DNA of 64,000 bases, from the NCBI RefSeq assembly GCF_009914755.1, contig NC_060948.1. The stretch is one strand, 5' to 3'. Source of the stretch: the human T2T-CHM13v2.0 reference genome, Homo sapiens. The notes under the pieces were generated by a model that ran no database searches, was not told the DNA's origin, and saw nothing but the letters and a program-made list of their open reading frames with translations. A program made the position numbers and the translations under genes. This document shows positions 27,666 to 41,417 of this stretch, one piece after another (positions within the stretch are counted from its first letter, which is position 1; each line of letters begins with the position of its first letter).

Positions 27666-28779
27666 CTGTCATTTACTTCTGTTAGCCTCAAGGTTAGTGA
27701 TATCTTCTCTGTGGGCTGGTGACTTCTCACCCTTGATTTCTCCTAGGCCATGTGTCTGATATCTTCTAGGCCACAGATGCAACACGTACATGAAAACCTG
27801 AATCCCCACCACACATTTGTTTGCAAAACTCTGTTTGCCGTTTCTCTCTACTTCTGACAGCTACCCCTACAGATCACAGGGGCATGCATCTCTTTAGGGT
27901 GACCTTTGCATGTTTATGCTAATTGCAGATTAAATCTGTAAGCCCTAACACTCATAATCTCCTAGCTTCCCTCTGTAAAAAGTCCCCCTTAGTGATACTT
28001 AATTTCACATGCTTGCCAAATCTTAAATCCAAAAGCAGAAGTCGATTTACCTCTGTACTGAAATTAAAGCTATACAAAGTTTTTGGCTTTGGGGGCACAC
28101 TTCACTGTTCTCAATGGCCCTTTGTAGGTCAGATTTAAGTTAAGAGTCTCCCTGACATTTCAAAATGTCATCAAATGATCCTGGCTAAAAAGAAATGAAG
28201 ACGCTTTCTTCCACATTTATGCAAGTCACAGGAAATCTTTCTAAGTGGACAAAGTGAAATAATCTTGGGACAAACATTTTATTCCATGTTTATACAATGA
28301 ATACACTGCACTGAGCATCAGTGAATTTTTCTGCACATGGCTCCTAATCCAATTTTAATGTATTTCTGGTCACAAAAACAAAAACAAACACACTTAACCT
28401 TCAAAAGGGAAGATGAATGACACTGACTTCAGGTTTTTCACAAATATCTGTAAATAGCAGAACAACACAATCTACGTGATGATCTTTCTGCTATTGCTGG
28501 ATGAGTCAGGTTCTCCCTTCCCATTTACTCTGGAGCTTATGTGAGATGGCTGTGATTTAACCAGAGGAAGCTCAAGTCATAGGGCTTTGTGGTAGTGAGT
28601 TTTTCCTCAAAGAAAGGTAGTAAGTTTCCCATAATAGCAAGGATTCAAGCAGAGGGTAGACGACCTTTCAGGATTGTGCATAGTAGAGGTTGAACTTAGA
28701 GAACTTATTGAAGGTCTCTTATTGAAGGTCTCTTTCAAAAGGTCCTAAGATAAGTCAGGAAAACAATCCTTATACACCT

Positions 28780-28960
28780 GTGGTGTTTTACGAATCAGAA
28801 AACCCTTAGACACATGCTTTGTCTCATTTAAGTATCAAAACAACCCTATGAGGTAGGTGGGTTGATTATTCTTGTTTTACAGATGATGAAATTGAGGTTC
28901 CGGTAGAGGTTAAGCAACTTATCTAGGGTCACACATTTAGGAAGTGAGGTCCTAGGACCT
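28780..28960 (-). mobile_element. MIR fragment
   Basis: 'caaccctatgaggtagg...tttacagatgatgaaattgagg'. Confidence 0.75.
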
Positions 28961-31571
28961 CCAGGTCAGAGATATCTCCATCCTCAGGACAAGGCAGAGA
29001 GGAGGCAGGCCCATTCTGCATGGCTGGAGCATTGCTAGGCGGGTGGCTACACTGCTGGGCACAGAGAAGTGGCTGTGGCTGCTCCGGCCTTTCTCTTTCT
29101 CCTATACCCTAAGGCTGGTCATCAACAAAGCTCTCTGTCCTCAAGGACCCCTATGTATTCTTTCTCAGCTGCTGCAGGTTGGAGCTGACCTGCCTCCCAA
29201 AAGGCAAGTGTGTGAAGCCTGTGATTTACACTTGCTTGGTGTTTCAACCCATGCCCCGAATACACCCTTTTTAAAAGGACCACCGCAGAAACACCTCCAA
29301 AGCAGGGGGCTATCAGGCGGGTTCTCTCTCAGCCCACAGTTTTGGCAAGGGAGAAGGGGAACACTTCTGCTCAGTAGGGTCATTCCAGTCATTCCGTACA
29401 GGCTACTCCACCTAGTCTGAATTGTGTGAGAACACAAAAGAAAATGCCACTGCTTCGTGGGGAAAGAATGTTGGTGGAGGGGACAGGATGTTCCGTTGCA
29501 ATCTCCTCATAGTCCCCAGGCTCTGACATAGATGGGAGCACAGAGTTGCTTGTGTGACGGCCTGGGAGCTGAGCTTTCTTCCACGTAGTTCTCCCAATCA
29601 CATTGTGCCCTTTTCTGGTAATTCAGTGGGAAACGAATCCACCCAAGAATCTGGGCTGTCCCACAAAAGGAAGGTAAATATCCCAAAGAAAAAAATTATT
29701 GCCAATTACAGAGACCATGTGTTCACAGGAATAAACAGGAATACAGCTGAGCGGAAAAATGGGCGTATCACCACACATTCCATCTGAGCAGGCAAGAGCC
29801 GGGCCAGAAACGAGTTTCGTATCTTTTTTCATTTGGGTCAGCCAGGAGGGGTATGTATGAAAGGGAATAAAGTATACACAGATAGCTTCAAAAATAATAT
29901 CTCTAAGCTTTTAGAAAGCCAGCCAGTCTTGCTACTCCTAATGCAACAGGAAGTTGTTGCATTTGCATTGAATCCAGAAGATTTTTCTCTCTCTGCTTGA
30001 CTGTATTTGACCATACAGGATGAGCCTTGGGCCTGCTGGCAGTATGTTTTCTAACTCTGAGGGCCTGAGGAAACTGATGTTTGGAGAGAGGTCAGTGGCT
30101 TGCCCAGGGTTACACAGCTTGGAAATGAGAGGTCAGGACTTTCCCTGTCAGGTGCATCCCACACACCTGGACAAGACCCAGGCATGAGAGGAGCCAGACA
30201 CCCACTGCACACCAAGGTGATGCGCGGGTCCTGATTTCCTCACTATTTTCACCCCAAGGGCTTTCTCCCATTGGAGCTACACTGGGAGGTATCTGCTGTC
30301 TAAAAGGAGGGATGCTGGGGAATATGAAGAGAAACTCATGTTTTCTGTTTCCACACCAAAGGTTTGAGATGCAGGAGCTTAAAACCCTGACCCTTACAGT
30401 TCAGGTACTAAGTTGATGCCAGAAGCATTTGACTTGGAAGAGTAAATAAAGTTGGAAGAACTGGTTCTTCTCACTCCAGAGAGCGGGAGAGAACAGAGAC
30501 TAGGGACCACGAGAGTTTGGCTGTTGGTAAATGTCACTGAGAAAAGGGACTGTGCCTCATTCCTGTCACAGACCTTTCATAGCAGCACCCAAGGGAGATG
30601 TGGGAATTGCTGAGATGATTCACTCCAGCCTCAGAAAGCCCTGGCTGATGGGGCTAAGGCAGATGAGGTCTTCGTGGACCAGTGATGGAGAGCATAGGAG
30701 AGCAAGGACATCTCGGAGGCACAACAGAGTGGGTGGTGATGGAAACCAGGTGGCCCCTGGGATCATGACTGTCACAAACCCTGGGAGTGATGGAGACAAA
30801 TTATCATCTGGGCCATATGTAGTTGCAATTTTTATAGTTTAGAAATGATCAAATAGCAGCAATTTCATATTGTTTTGTGTAACATCATGGGAAAGCCTGA
30901 ACTGCCTGCTATTTCATTTCTACCATGCAGTAGAATAAGAGTTTGAAGTGGAACCAAATTCAGTCTTAGTCAAAGACAATCAGGCTTCTCACCCATCTGC
31001 ATAGAGGCTATGTGTAGCACTAACCACACTGAAATGCCTCGACACTACCTCGCCACCAAGCAGTTCTTCAGGTGCCTGATGGTTCAGATCTCCTTCCCCA
31101 GGAGGATCCTGGGATGTCTTCATAACATTCGACTCTAATTTGAACGGATTCTCCTCCACACCCTGCTGTTTAAGATTTACACATAGTTTCCAGTATTCAG
31201 ATGGGACGTGCTTGGGAGCTGGGGAAAACTTGTTCTTTCCTCACAATTCAATCCAGTTTTCAGTCTTACCTATGTCACATGCCTGTGAGCACAGGATGAG
31301 AGGAATATAGGTAATTTCAGAAAACATGCAGGAGCCTACCATCATCACCTTTACTTTTTAAATGGGTTTGGTTTTGCTTCATGTTGGGAAGCTTGGTTCC
31401 TCCTGGCTGAGGAATGGTAGCCAGGAAACTGCTGGTCAAATCATCAGCCCTTTGTCCTCCTGGCATGACACAGGAGCCTGTAAAGGACAGAGGAAGTGAC
31501 TGCTAGGCAGGTTAGAAGGCATTACTCCTCCAGCACAGCCATATCTAGACATAGCATGGTGACTTGTATGC

Positions 31572-32422
<851 letters not shown>

Positions 32423-32428
32423 TCTTAG

Positions 32429-34254
32429 TGAGAGGTGACAGCGTGCTGGCAGCCCTCGCTTGCTCGCGGTGCCTCCCCGGCCCCAGTGCTCATTCTGGCT
32501 GCACTTGAGGAGCCCTTCAGCCTGCCGCTGCACCATGGGAGCTCTTCTCTGGGCTGGCCGAGGCTGGAGGCGGCTCCCTCCGCTTGTGGGAGGTATGGAG
32601 GGGGAGGCACGGCGGGGGGATCCGGGGCTGCTCCCGGCGCTTGCGGGCCCGCTTGAGTTCCGGGTGGGTGTGGGCTTGGCAGGCCCGCACTCGGAGCAGC
32701 CAGCCAGACGGCCCTGCTGTACCCAGGCAGTGAGGTGCTTAGCACCCAGGCCAGCAGCTGTGAGGGTGCACCGGGTCCCCCAGCACGGCTGGCCCACTGG
32801 TGCTGCCCTCGATTTCTCGCCGGGCCTTAGCTGCCTCCCCGTGCGGTAGGGCTCCAGACGTGCAGCCCCCCATGCCTGAGGCTCCACACCCGTACCGCCG
32901 CCCGCCCTCCGCCGCTGTCCTCACAAAACCGCCCCCCCCAACCGCTCCCACCCACCCAATCCCTCCTGCCACCCCCCTCAGTCCCCGCCATCACCCCCCC
33001 TCCCCACCATGGGTTCCTGCCTGGCCTGAGCCTCCCCAGTGAGCACCGCCCCCTGTTCAAGGGCACCCGGTCCCATTGACCACTCAAGGGCTGAGGAGTG
33101 TGGGTGCATGGTGAGGGACTGGTGGGCAGCTCCACCTGCCTCCCGGTGTGAAATCCACTGGGTGAGGCCAGCTGGGCTCCTGAATCTAGTGGGGACTTGG
33201 AGAACCTTTGTGTCTAGCTAAGGGATTGTGAGTGCACCAATGAGCACTCTGTGTCTAGCTCAAGGTTTGTGAACACACCAGTCAGCACCCTTTGTCTAGC
33301 TCAGGGTTTGTGGATGCACCAACCGACACTCTGTATCTAGCTAATCTGGTGGGGACTTGGAGCATCTTTATGTCCAGCTAAGGGATTGTGACTGCACCAG
33401 TCCACACTCTGTGTCTAGCTCAAGGTTTGTAAATGCACCAAATCAGAGCTCTGTATCTAGCTAATCTGGTGGGGACTTGGAAAATCTTTATGTCTAGCTA
33501 AGGGATTGTGAATGCACCAGTCGGCACTCTGTATCTAGCTCAAGGTTTGTAAATGCACCAATCAGCACTCTGTGTCTAGCTCAGGGTTTTTAAATACACC
33601 AATCGACACTCTGTATCTAGCTAATCTAGTGGGGAGGTGGAGAACATTTGCGTCTAGCTCAGGGATTGTAAATGCACCAATCGGCACCCTGTCAAAACAG
33701 ACCAATCAGCTCTCTGTAAAACAGACCAATTGGCTCTCTGTAAAACAGACCAATCGGCTCTCTCTAAAATGGACCAATCAGCAGGATGTGGGTGGGGTCA
33801 GATAACAGAATAAAAGCAGGCTGCCTGAGCCCACAGTGGCAACCTGCTCGGGTCCCCTTCCACTCTGTGGAAGCTTTGTTCTTTTGCTCTTTGCAATAAA
33901 TCTTGCTACTGCTCACTCTTTGGGTCCACACTGCCTTTATGAGCTGTGACACTCACTGCAAAGGTCTGGAGCTTCACTCCTGAAGCCAGCGAGACCATGA
34001 ACCCACTGGGAGGAACGAACAACTCCAGACGTGCTGCCTTAAGTGCTGTAACACTCACCGCGAAAGTCTGCAGCTTCACTCATCAGCCAGCGAGACCACA
34101 AACCCACCAGAAGGAAGAAACTCCAAACACATCCGCACACCAGAAGGGAAAATCTCCGGACATGCTGCCTTTAAGAACTGTAACACTCACCACAAGGGTC
34201 CACGGCTTCATTCTTGAAGTCAGTGAGACCAAGAACCCACCAATTCCGGACACA
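32429..34254 (+). promoter_or_regulatory. 5' LTR12 (complete U3-R-U5; ERV9 enhancer/promoter)
   Basis: 'tgagaggtgacagcgtgctgg'...'caattccggacaca'; CpG-rich U3; ~40-bp CCAAT-containing repeats 33185-33780; AATAAA promoter box 33809-33814; poly(A) signal 33895-33900. Confidence 0.95.
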
Positions 34255-34257
34255 TTT

Positions 34258-34276
34258 TGGTGACCACGAAGGGACT
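34258..34276 (+). other. Primer-binding site, tRNA-Arg
   Basis: tggtgaccacgaagggact directly after the LTR; one CpG-type change from the ERV9 Arg PBS. Confidence 0.88.
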
Positions 34277-35527
34277 ATCGCCAAGCGGTGAGACTGTCGC
34301 CTGTCACCAAGCAGTGAGTACCATCAGACCCCTTTCACTTGCTATTCTATCCTATTTTCCTTAGAATTCGGGGGTTAAATATCGGGCACCTGTCGGCCAG
34401 CTAAAAGCGACTAGTGTGGCCACCGGACTAAAGACACGGGTGTCAGGCTTTCTGGAAATGGGCTCTCTAACAACCCCCAGCTCTTCGGAGTTGGGAGCGT
34501 TGGTTTGCCTAGAACAAGCTTCTGCTTTTCCTGTACTTCTGGGCTCAGCCGAGGGTCAACAGAGAGGAAAGCCATTCAGCTCCGGGGTCCCGACAACACG
34601 TTGGTTGACCCTACGGCCATGAGTGGAACTCTCAAAGGCATGTCGCCCAAGCGAGACTCACCCATCTATCTTATCTATCCCTGACCCTTGCCCTCTGTGT
34701 CCAAATGCTTGCCACACAAACTTCCTCTTGACTCTCTTCTCTGAGGTTAGTCCTCCTTCTAAAAATTGTTACCTGTCTCTGGTGCTTTTCTAGTTTCTCC
34801 TATAAGAATGATTTCTAGTATAAAGTCCAGGACTCTGTTACTTTCTTCAGGCACCTGGGCTCACCAATCAGAAAGACATAACTTTTGCCCAAAGCCCTGT
34901 CGTAGTGGGGACTACCTGGAATTTTAGGATCCCTCCTCCGACTAATAGGCCTAACAAAAACTATTCCTGAAGCTAGGATATGGGGAGCCTCAGAAATTGT
35001 ATCCTTCCTATTCATGTAAGTGAGGACAAAATGTGTCACTCTTCCACCCTGGAGATCCCCTCCCTCCCTCAGGGTATGGCCCTCCACTTCATTTTTGGGG
35101 CATAACATCTGTATAGGACAGGGGTAAAGTCCCAACACTAAAAGGTGAATGCTTAGGACTCTAACAGGTTTTTAAGAATGTGTCGGTAAGGGCCACTAAA
35201 TCCGATTTTTCTCAGTCTGTCCTCTTTGTGGTCTAGGAGGACAGGCAAGGGTGCAGGTTTTTGAGAATGCATCGGTAAGGACCGACCTTCCTCAGTCCTC
35301 CATGTGGTCTGGAAGGAAAGCTAGTGTTTCCGCTGCAGCGTCGGTGAGCACAACTATTCTGACCAGCAGGGTCCAGGGACCATTGTGGGTTCCTGGGCAG
35401 GGGTTGTTTCTGCTGATGCGTTGGTGAGTGCAACTATTCTGATCAGCAGGGTCCAGGGACCGTTGCGGGTTCTAGGGCAGGGGGAGAAACAAAACAAACC
35501 AAAACCGCAGGCGGTTTTGTCTTTCAG

Positions 35528-36991
35528 ATGGGAAACACTCAGGCATCAACAGGCTCACCCTTGAAATGCATGCTAAACCATTGGGACCAATTTAACCCAC
35601 AAACCCTGAAAAAGAGGTGGCTCATTTTTTTTCTGCACTACGGCTTGGTCCCAATATTCCCTCTTTGATGGGGAAAAATGGCCACGTGAGGGAAGTAGAA
35701 ATTACAATACTATCCTGCATCCTGACCTTTTCTGTAAGAGGGAAGGCAAATGGAGTGAAATACCTTATGTCCAAGCTTTCTTTTCATTGAGGGAGAATAC
35801 ACAACTATGCAAAGCTTACAATTTACATCCCACAGGAGAACCTCTCAGCTTACCCCCATATCCTAGCCTCCCTATAGCTCCCCTTCCTATGAATGATAAT
35901 CCTCCTCTAATCTCCCCTGCCCAGAAGGAAATAAGCAAAGAAATCTCCAGAGGACCACAACCCGCCCCCCAGGCAATCGGTTATGTCCCCTTCAAGCTGT
36001 AGGGGGCAGAGAACTTGGCCCAACCCAGGTGCATGTCCCCTTCTCCCTCTCTGATTTAAAGCAGATCAAGGCAGACCTGGGGAAGTTTTCAGATGATCCT
36101 GATAGGTACGTAGATGTCCTACAGGGTCTAGGGCAAACCTTTGACCTCGCTTGGAGAGATGTCATGCTACTCTTAGATCAAACCCTGGTCTTTAATGAAA
36201 AGAATGTGGCTTTAGCTGCAGCCTGAGAGTTTGGAGATACCTGGTATCTTAGTCAGTAAATGATAGAATGACAGCTGAAGAAAGGCACAAATTCCCTACT
36301 GGTCAGCAAGCCATCCCCAGTATGGATCCCCACTGGGACCTTGACTCAGATCATGGGGACTGGAGTTGTAAACATCTGTTGACCTGTGTTCTAGAGGGAC
36401 TACGGAGGATTAGAAAAAAGCCCATGAATTATTCAGTGATGTCCACCATAACACAGGGAAAGGAATAAAATCCTTCTGCCTTCCTCGAGCAGCTACGAGA
36501 GGTCTTAAGAATATATACTCCCCTCTCGCCTGAATCCCTCGAGGGTCAATTGATTCTAAAAGATAAATTTATTACCCAATCAGCCACAGCTATCAGGAGA
36601 AAGCTCCAAAAGCAAGCCCTGGGCCCTGAACAAAATCTAGAGGCATTATTAAACCTGGCAAACCTCGTCGTTCTATAATAGGGACCAAGAGGAACAGGCC
36701 CAAAAGGAAAAGCGAGGTCAGAGAAAGGCTGCAGCCTTAGTCCTGGCCCTGAGATAAACAAACCTTGGTGATTCAGAGAGGACAGAAAATGGAGCAGTCC
36801 AATCACCTGGTAGGGCTTGTTATCAGTGTGGCTTACTAGGACACGTTAAAAAAGATTGTCCAATGAGAAACAAGCTGCCCCCTCGTCCATGTCCACTACA
36901 CTGAGACAATCACTGGAAGGTGCACTGCCCCAGAGGATGAAGTTTTCCTGGGTCAGAAGCCCCCAACCAGATAATCCAACAACAGGACTGA
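35528..36991 (+). pseudogene. gag: HERV9 gag, disrupted by frameshifts and stops
   Basis: MGNTQASTGSPLKC start; capsid segment (HVPFSLSDLKQIKADLGKFSDDPDRY); zinc knuckle CYQCGLLGHVKKDC at ~36818; TGA at 36989-36991. Confidence 0.92.
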
Positions 36992-39190
36992 GGGTGCCCC
37001 GGGCAAGCACCAGCTCATGCCATCACCCACACTGAGCCCCGGGTATGTTTAACTATTGAGGGCCCGGAAATTGACTTCATCCTGGACACTGGTGCGGCAT
37101 TCTCAGTGTTAATCTCTGGTCCTGGACGACTGTCCTCAAGGTCCGTTACCATCTGAGGAATCCTGGGACAACCTGTTACCAGGTATTTCTCCCACCTCCT
37201 GAGTTGTAATTGGGAGACTTTGGTCTTTTCACATCCCTTTCTTGTTATGCCTGAAAGTCCCACACCCTTATTAGGGAGGGGTATATTAGCCAAGGCTGGA
37301 GCTATTATCTACATGAATATGGGGAAGAACTTACCCATTTGTTGTCCCCTACTTGAGGAGGGAATCAACCCTGAAGTCTGGGCATTGGAAGGACAATTTG
37401 GAAGGGCAAAAAATGCCCACCCAGTCCAAATCAGTTTAAAAGATCCCACCACTTTTCCTTATCAAAGACTATCCCTTAAGGCCTGAAGCTAATAAAGGGC
37501 TACAGAATATTGTTAAACATTTGAAAGCTCAAGGCTCAGTAAGGAAATGCAGCCATCCCTGCAACACCCCAATCCTAGGAGTAGGAAAAGCAAACGGTCA
37601 GTGGAGACTAGTGCAAGATCTTAGACTCATCAATGAGGCAGTAATTCCTCTATATCCAGTTGTACCCAACCCCGATACCCTGCTCTCAAATACCAGAGGA
37701 AGCAAAATGGTTCATGCTTCTGGACCTCAAGGATGCCTTCTTCTGTATTCCCCTGCACTCTGACTCCCAGTTCCTCTTTGCCTTTGAGGATCCCACAAAC
37801 CACATGTCCCAACTTAACATGGACGGTCTTGCCCCAAGGGTTTAGGGATAGCCCTCACCTGTTTGATCAGGCACTGGCCCAAGATCTTGGCCACTTCTCA
37901 AGTCCAGGCACTCTGGTCCTTTGGTATGTGGATGATTTATTTTGGCTACCAGTTTGGAAGCCTCATGCCAGCAGGCTACTCTAGATCTCTTGAACTTTCT
38001 AGCTAATCAAGGGTACAAGGTGTCTAGGTCGAAGGCCCAGCTTTGCCTAGAGCAGGTCAAATATCTAGGCCTAATCTTAGCCAGAGGGACCAGGGCCCTC
38101 AGCAAGGAATGAATACAGCCTCTACTGGCTTATCCCCACCCTAAAACATTAAAACAGTTGCGGGGTTCCTTGGAATTACTGGCTTTTGCCGACTGTGGAT
38201 CCCCAGATGCAACAAGATAGCCAGGCCCCTCTATACTCTAATCAAGGAAACCCAGAAGGCAAATACTCATCTAGTAGAATGGGAACCAGAGGCAGAAACA
38301 GCCTTCAAAACCTTAAAGCAGGCCCTAGTAGAAGCTCCAGCTTTAAGCCTTCCCACAGGACAAAACTTCTCTTTATACTTCACAAAGAGAGCTAGGATAG
38401 CTCTTGGAGTCATTACTCAGACTCGTGGGACAACCCCACAACCAGGGGCATACCTAGGTAAGGAAATTGATGTAGTAGCAAAAGGCTGCCCTCACTGTTT
38501 AAGGGTAGCTGCAGCAGTGGCCGTCTTAGTGTCAGAGGCTATCAAAATAATACAAGGAAAGGATCTCACTGTCTGGACTACTCATGATGTAAATGGCATA
38601 CTAGGTGCCAAAGGAAGTTTGTGGCTATCAGACAACCACCTACTTAGATACCAGGTGCTACTCCTTGAGGGACTGGCGCTTCAAATACTCATGTGCATGG
38701 CCCTCAACCCTGCCACTTTTCTCCCAGAGGATGGGGAACCAATCGAGCATGACTGCCAACAAATTATAGTCCAGACTTTTGCCGCCTGAGATGATCTCTT
38801 AGAAGTCCCTTTAACTAATCCTGACCTTAACCTATATACCGACGGAAGTTCATTTATGGAGAATGGGATACGAAGGGCAGGTTATGCCATAGTTAGTGAT
38901 GTATCCATACTTGAAAGTAAGCCTCTTCCCCCAGGGACCAGTGCCCAGTTAGCAGCACTAGTGGCACTTACCCGAGCCTTAGAACTGGGAAAGGGAAAAA
39001 GAATAAATGTGTATACAGATAGCAAATATGCTTATCTAATCCTACATGCCCATGCTGCAATATGGAAAGAGAGGGAGTTCCTAACCTCTGGGGGAACCCC
39101 TGTTAAATGCCACAAGGAAATTATAGAATTATTGCATGCAATGCAAAAACACAAGTAGGTGGCACTCTTACACTGCCAAAGCCATCAAAA
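36992..39190 (+). pseudogene. pol: HERV9 pro-pol (protease, RT, RNase H; integrase absent), disrupted
   Basis: DFILDTGA protease; [29 protein letters not shown] (37925-37936); RNase H YTDGSS and YTDSKYA; multiple stops. Confidence 0.94.
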
Positions 39191-39439
39191 TGGGAAGAAG
39201 AGGGGAGAACAGCAGCATGAGTGACTGGCAGAGGTAGGGAAAGACCAGCAAGAAGGAGAGAAAAAGAAAGTCAGAGAAAGAGAGAGAGAGAGGAAGGAAC
39301 AGAGGGACAAAGAGAAGGAGTCAGAGAGAAAGAGGGACAGACACAGAAAGTCAAAGAGAGAGTTAAAAAGAGAGGAAGAGACAAAGAAGGAGTTGAAGAG
39401 AGAAAGAGAGAGAAAGAAATAGTAAAGAAAAAAAAACAG

Positions 39440-39842
39440 TGTACACTATTCCTTTAAAAGCCAGGGTTAAGTTCTGTCTACCCAGACAAGGCAGATTCTT
39501 CTTATGTGGAACAACGACCTGTATCTGCCTCCCCACTAACTTGACAGGCACCTGCACCTTAGTCTAAGTCCCAACATTATCATTGCCGCAGGAAATCAGA
39601 CCTTATCAGTACCCCTCAAAGCTCAAGTCTGTCAGTGCAGAGCCATACAACTAATACCCCTCCTTAAAGGGTTAGGAATGGCTATGGCTACAGGAACCAG
39701 AATATGTGGTTTATCTACTTCATTATCCTACTACCACACACTCTCCAAGGATATCTCAGACAGTTTGCAAGAAATAGCGAAATCTGTTCTTACTTTATAA
39801 TCCCAAATAGACTCTTTGGCAGCAGTGACTCTCCAAAACTGC
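39440..39842 (+). pseudogene. env: HERV9 env fragment (end of SU, cleavage site, start of TM)
   Basis: FFLCG..CLPTN, RAIQLIPLL.GLG fusion peptide, SQIDSLAAVTLQN; ends at the start of the immunosuppressive domain. Confidence 0.85.
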
Positions 39843-39852
39843 CAGGGGGGAT

Positions 39853-41417
39853 TGAGAGGTGACAGCATGCTGACAGCCCTGGCTCACTCTCGGTGCCTCC
39901 TCAGCCTCAGCGCCCATTCTGGCCATGCTTGAGGAGCCCTTCAGCCTTCCACTGCACCATGGGAGCCCTTGTGTGGGCTGGCCGAGGCCGGAGCCAGCTC
40001 CCTCAGCTTGCGGGGAGGTGTGGAGGGAGAGGCAGGGGTGGGAGCCAGGGCTGCGTGCAGTGCTTGTGGGCCAGCTAGAGTTCTGGGTGGGTGTGGGCTT
40101 GCTGATCCCTGCACTTGCAGTGGCCGGCCAGCCCTGCCAGCCCCAGGCAGTGAGGGACTTAGTACCCAGGCCAGCAGCTGCAGAGGGTGTGCCGGGTCCC
40201 CCAGCAGTGCTGACCCACCAGCGCTGTGCTGGATTTCTCACCCGGCCTTAGCTGCCTCCCCACGGGGCAGGGCTTGGGACCTGCAGCCCACCATGCCTGA
40301 GTCTCCCCCAACCGCCATGGGCTCCTGCATGGCCTGAGCCTCCTGGACGAGCGCCACCCCCTACTCCATGGTGCCTGGTCCCATCGGCCGCCCAAGGGCT
40401 GAGGAGTGCAGGCGCACGGTGAGTGACTGGCGGGCAGCTCCACCTGTGGCCCTGGTATAAGATCCACTGGGTGAGGCCAGCTGGGCTCCTGAGTCTAGTG
40501 GGGACTTGGAGAACCTCTGTGTCTAGCTAAGGGATTGTGAGTGCACCAATCAGCACACTGTGTCTAGCTCAAGGTTTGTGAACACACCAATCAGCGCCCT
40601 GTGTCTAGCTCAGGGTTTGTGGATGCACCAACCGGCACTCTGTATCTAGCTAATCTGGTGGGGACTTGGAGAGTGTTTATGTCTAGCTAAGGGATTGTGA
40701 ATACACCAATCAGCACTCTGTATCTAGCTCAAGGTTTGTGAACACACCAATCAGCACCCTCTGTCTAGCTCAGGATTTGTGGATGTACCAACCGGCACTC
40801 TGTATCTGGCTAATCTGGTGGGGACTTGGAGAATCTTTATGTCTAGCTAAGGGATTGTGAATACACCAATCAGCACTCTGTATCTAGCTCAAGGTTTGTA
40901 AACACACCAATCAGCACACTGTGTCTAGCTCAGGGTTAGTGGATGCACCAATTGGCACTCTGTATCTAGCTAATCTAGTGGGGACTTGGAGAACCTTTAT
41001 GTCAAGCTAAGGGATTGTGAATGCACCAGTCAGCACTCTGTGTCTAGCTAAAGGTTTGTAAGTGTAGCAATCAGAGCTCTGTGTCTAGCTAATCTGGTGG
41101 GGACTTGGGGAATCTTTATGTCTAGCTAAGGGATTGTGAATGCACCAGTTGGCTCCCTGTATCTAGCTCAAGGTTTGTAAATGCACCAATCAGCACTCTG
41201 TGTCTAGCTCAGGATTTGTAAATACACCAATCGACACTCTCTATGTAGCTAATCTAGTGGGGATGTGGAGAACCTCTTTGTCTAGCTCAGGGATTGTAAA
41301 TGCACCAGTCAGCACCCTGTCAAAACAGACCATTCAGCGCTCTGTAAAACAGACCAATCGGCTCTCTCTAAAATGGACCAATCAGCAGGATGTGGGTGGG
41401 GCCAGATAAGAGAATAA
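39853..41417 (+). promoter_or_regulatory. 3' LTR12, U3 only (R-U5 missing)
   Basis: Starts 'tgagaggtgacagcatgctg' after 'caggggggat'; match to the 5' LTR stops within the AATAAA promoter box. Confidence 0.93.

Larger units (their letters stand above)
32429..41417 (+). mobile_element. Defective ERV9/HERV9 provirus
   Basis: Two LTR12 copies, Arg PBS, gag/pro/RT/RNaseH motifs, env fragment, PPT remnant. Confidence 0.97.

Noticed and set aside
28704-28731. 14-bp tandem duplication cttattgaaggtct (similar small ones near 1110, 5461, 19378, 52508)
   Set aside because: Ordinary slippage duplications within decayed repeats.
31270-31282. 13-nt minus-strand micro-exon with good acceptor and donor
   Set aside because: Only 66 nt from the neighbouring candidate exon and it introduces a stop; plausible by chance.
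33185-33780. Regular ~40-bp repeats resembling a CRISPR array (also 40495-41390)
   Set aside because: No unique spacers, no cas genes, eukaryotic context; these are the known ERV9 U3 enhancer repeats.
35338-35483. ~80-bp tandem duplication in the HERV9 leader
   Set aside because: Leader repeats of this kind are, as I recall, common to HERV9/HERV-W-like elements; not evidently locus-specific.
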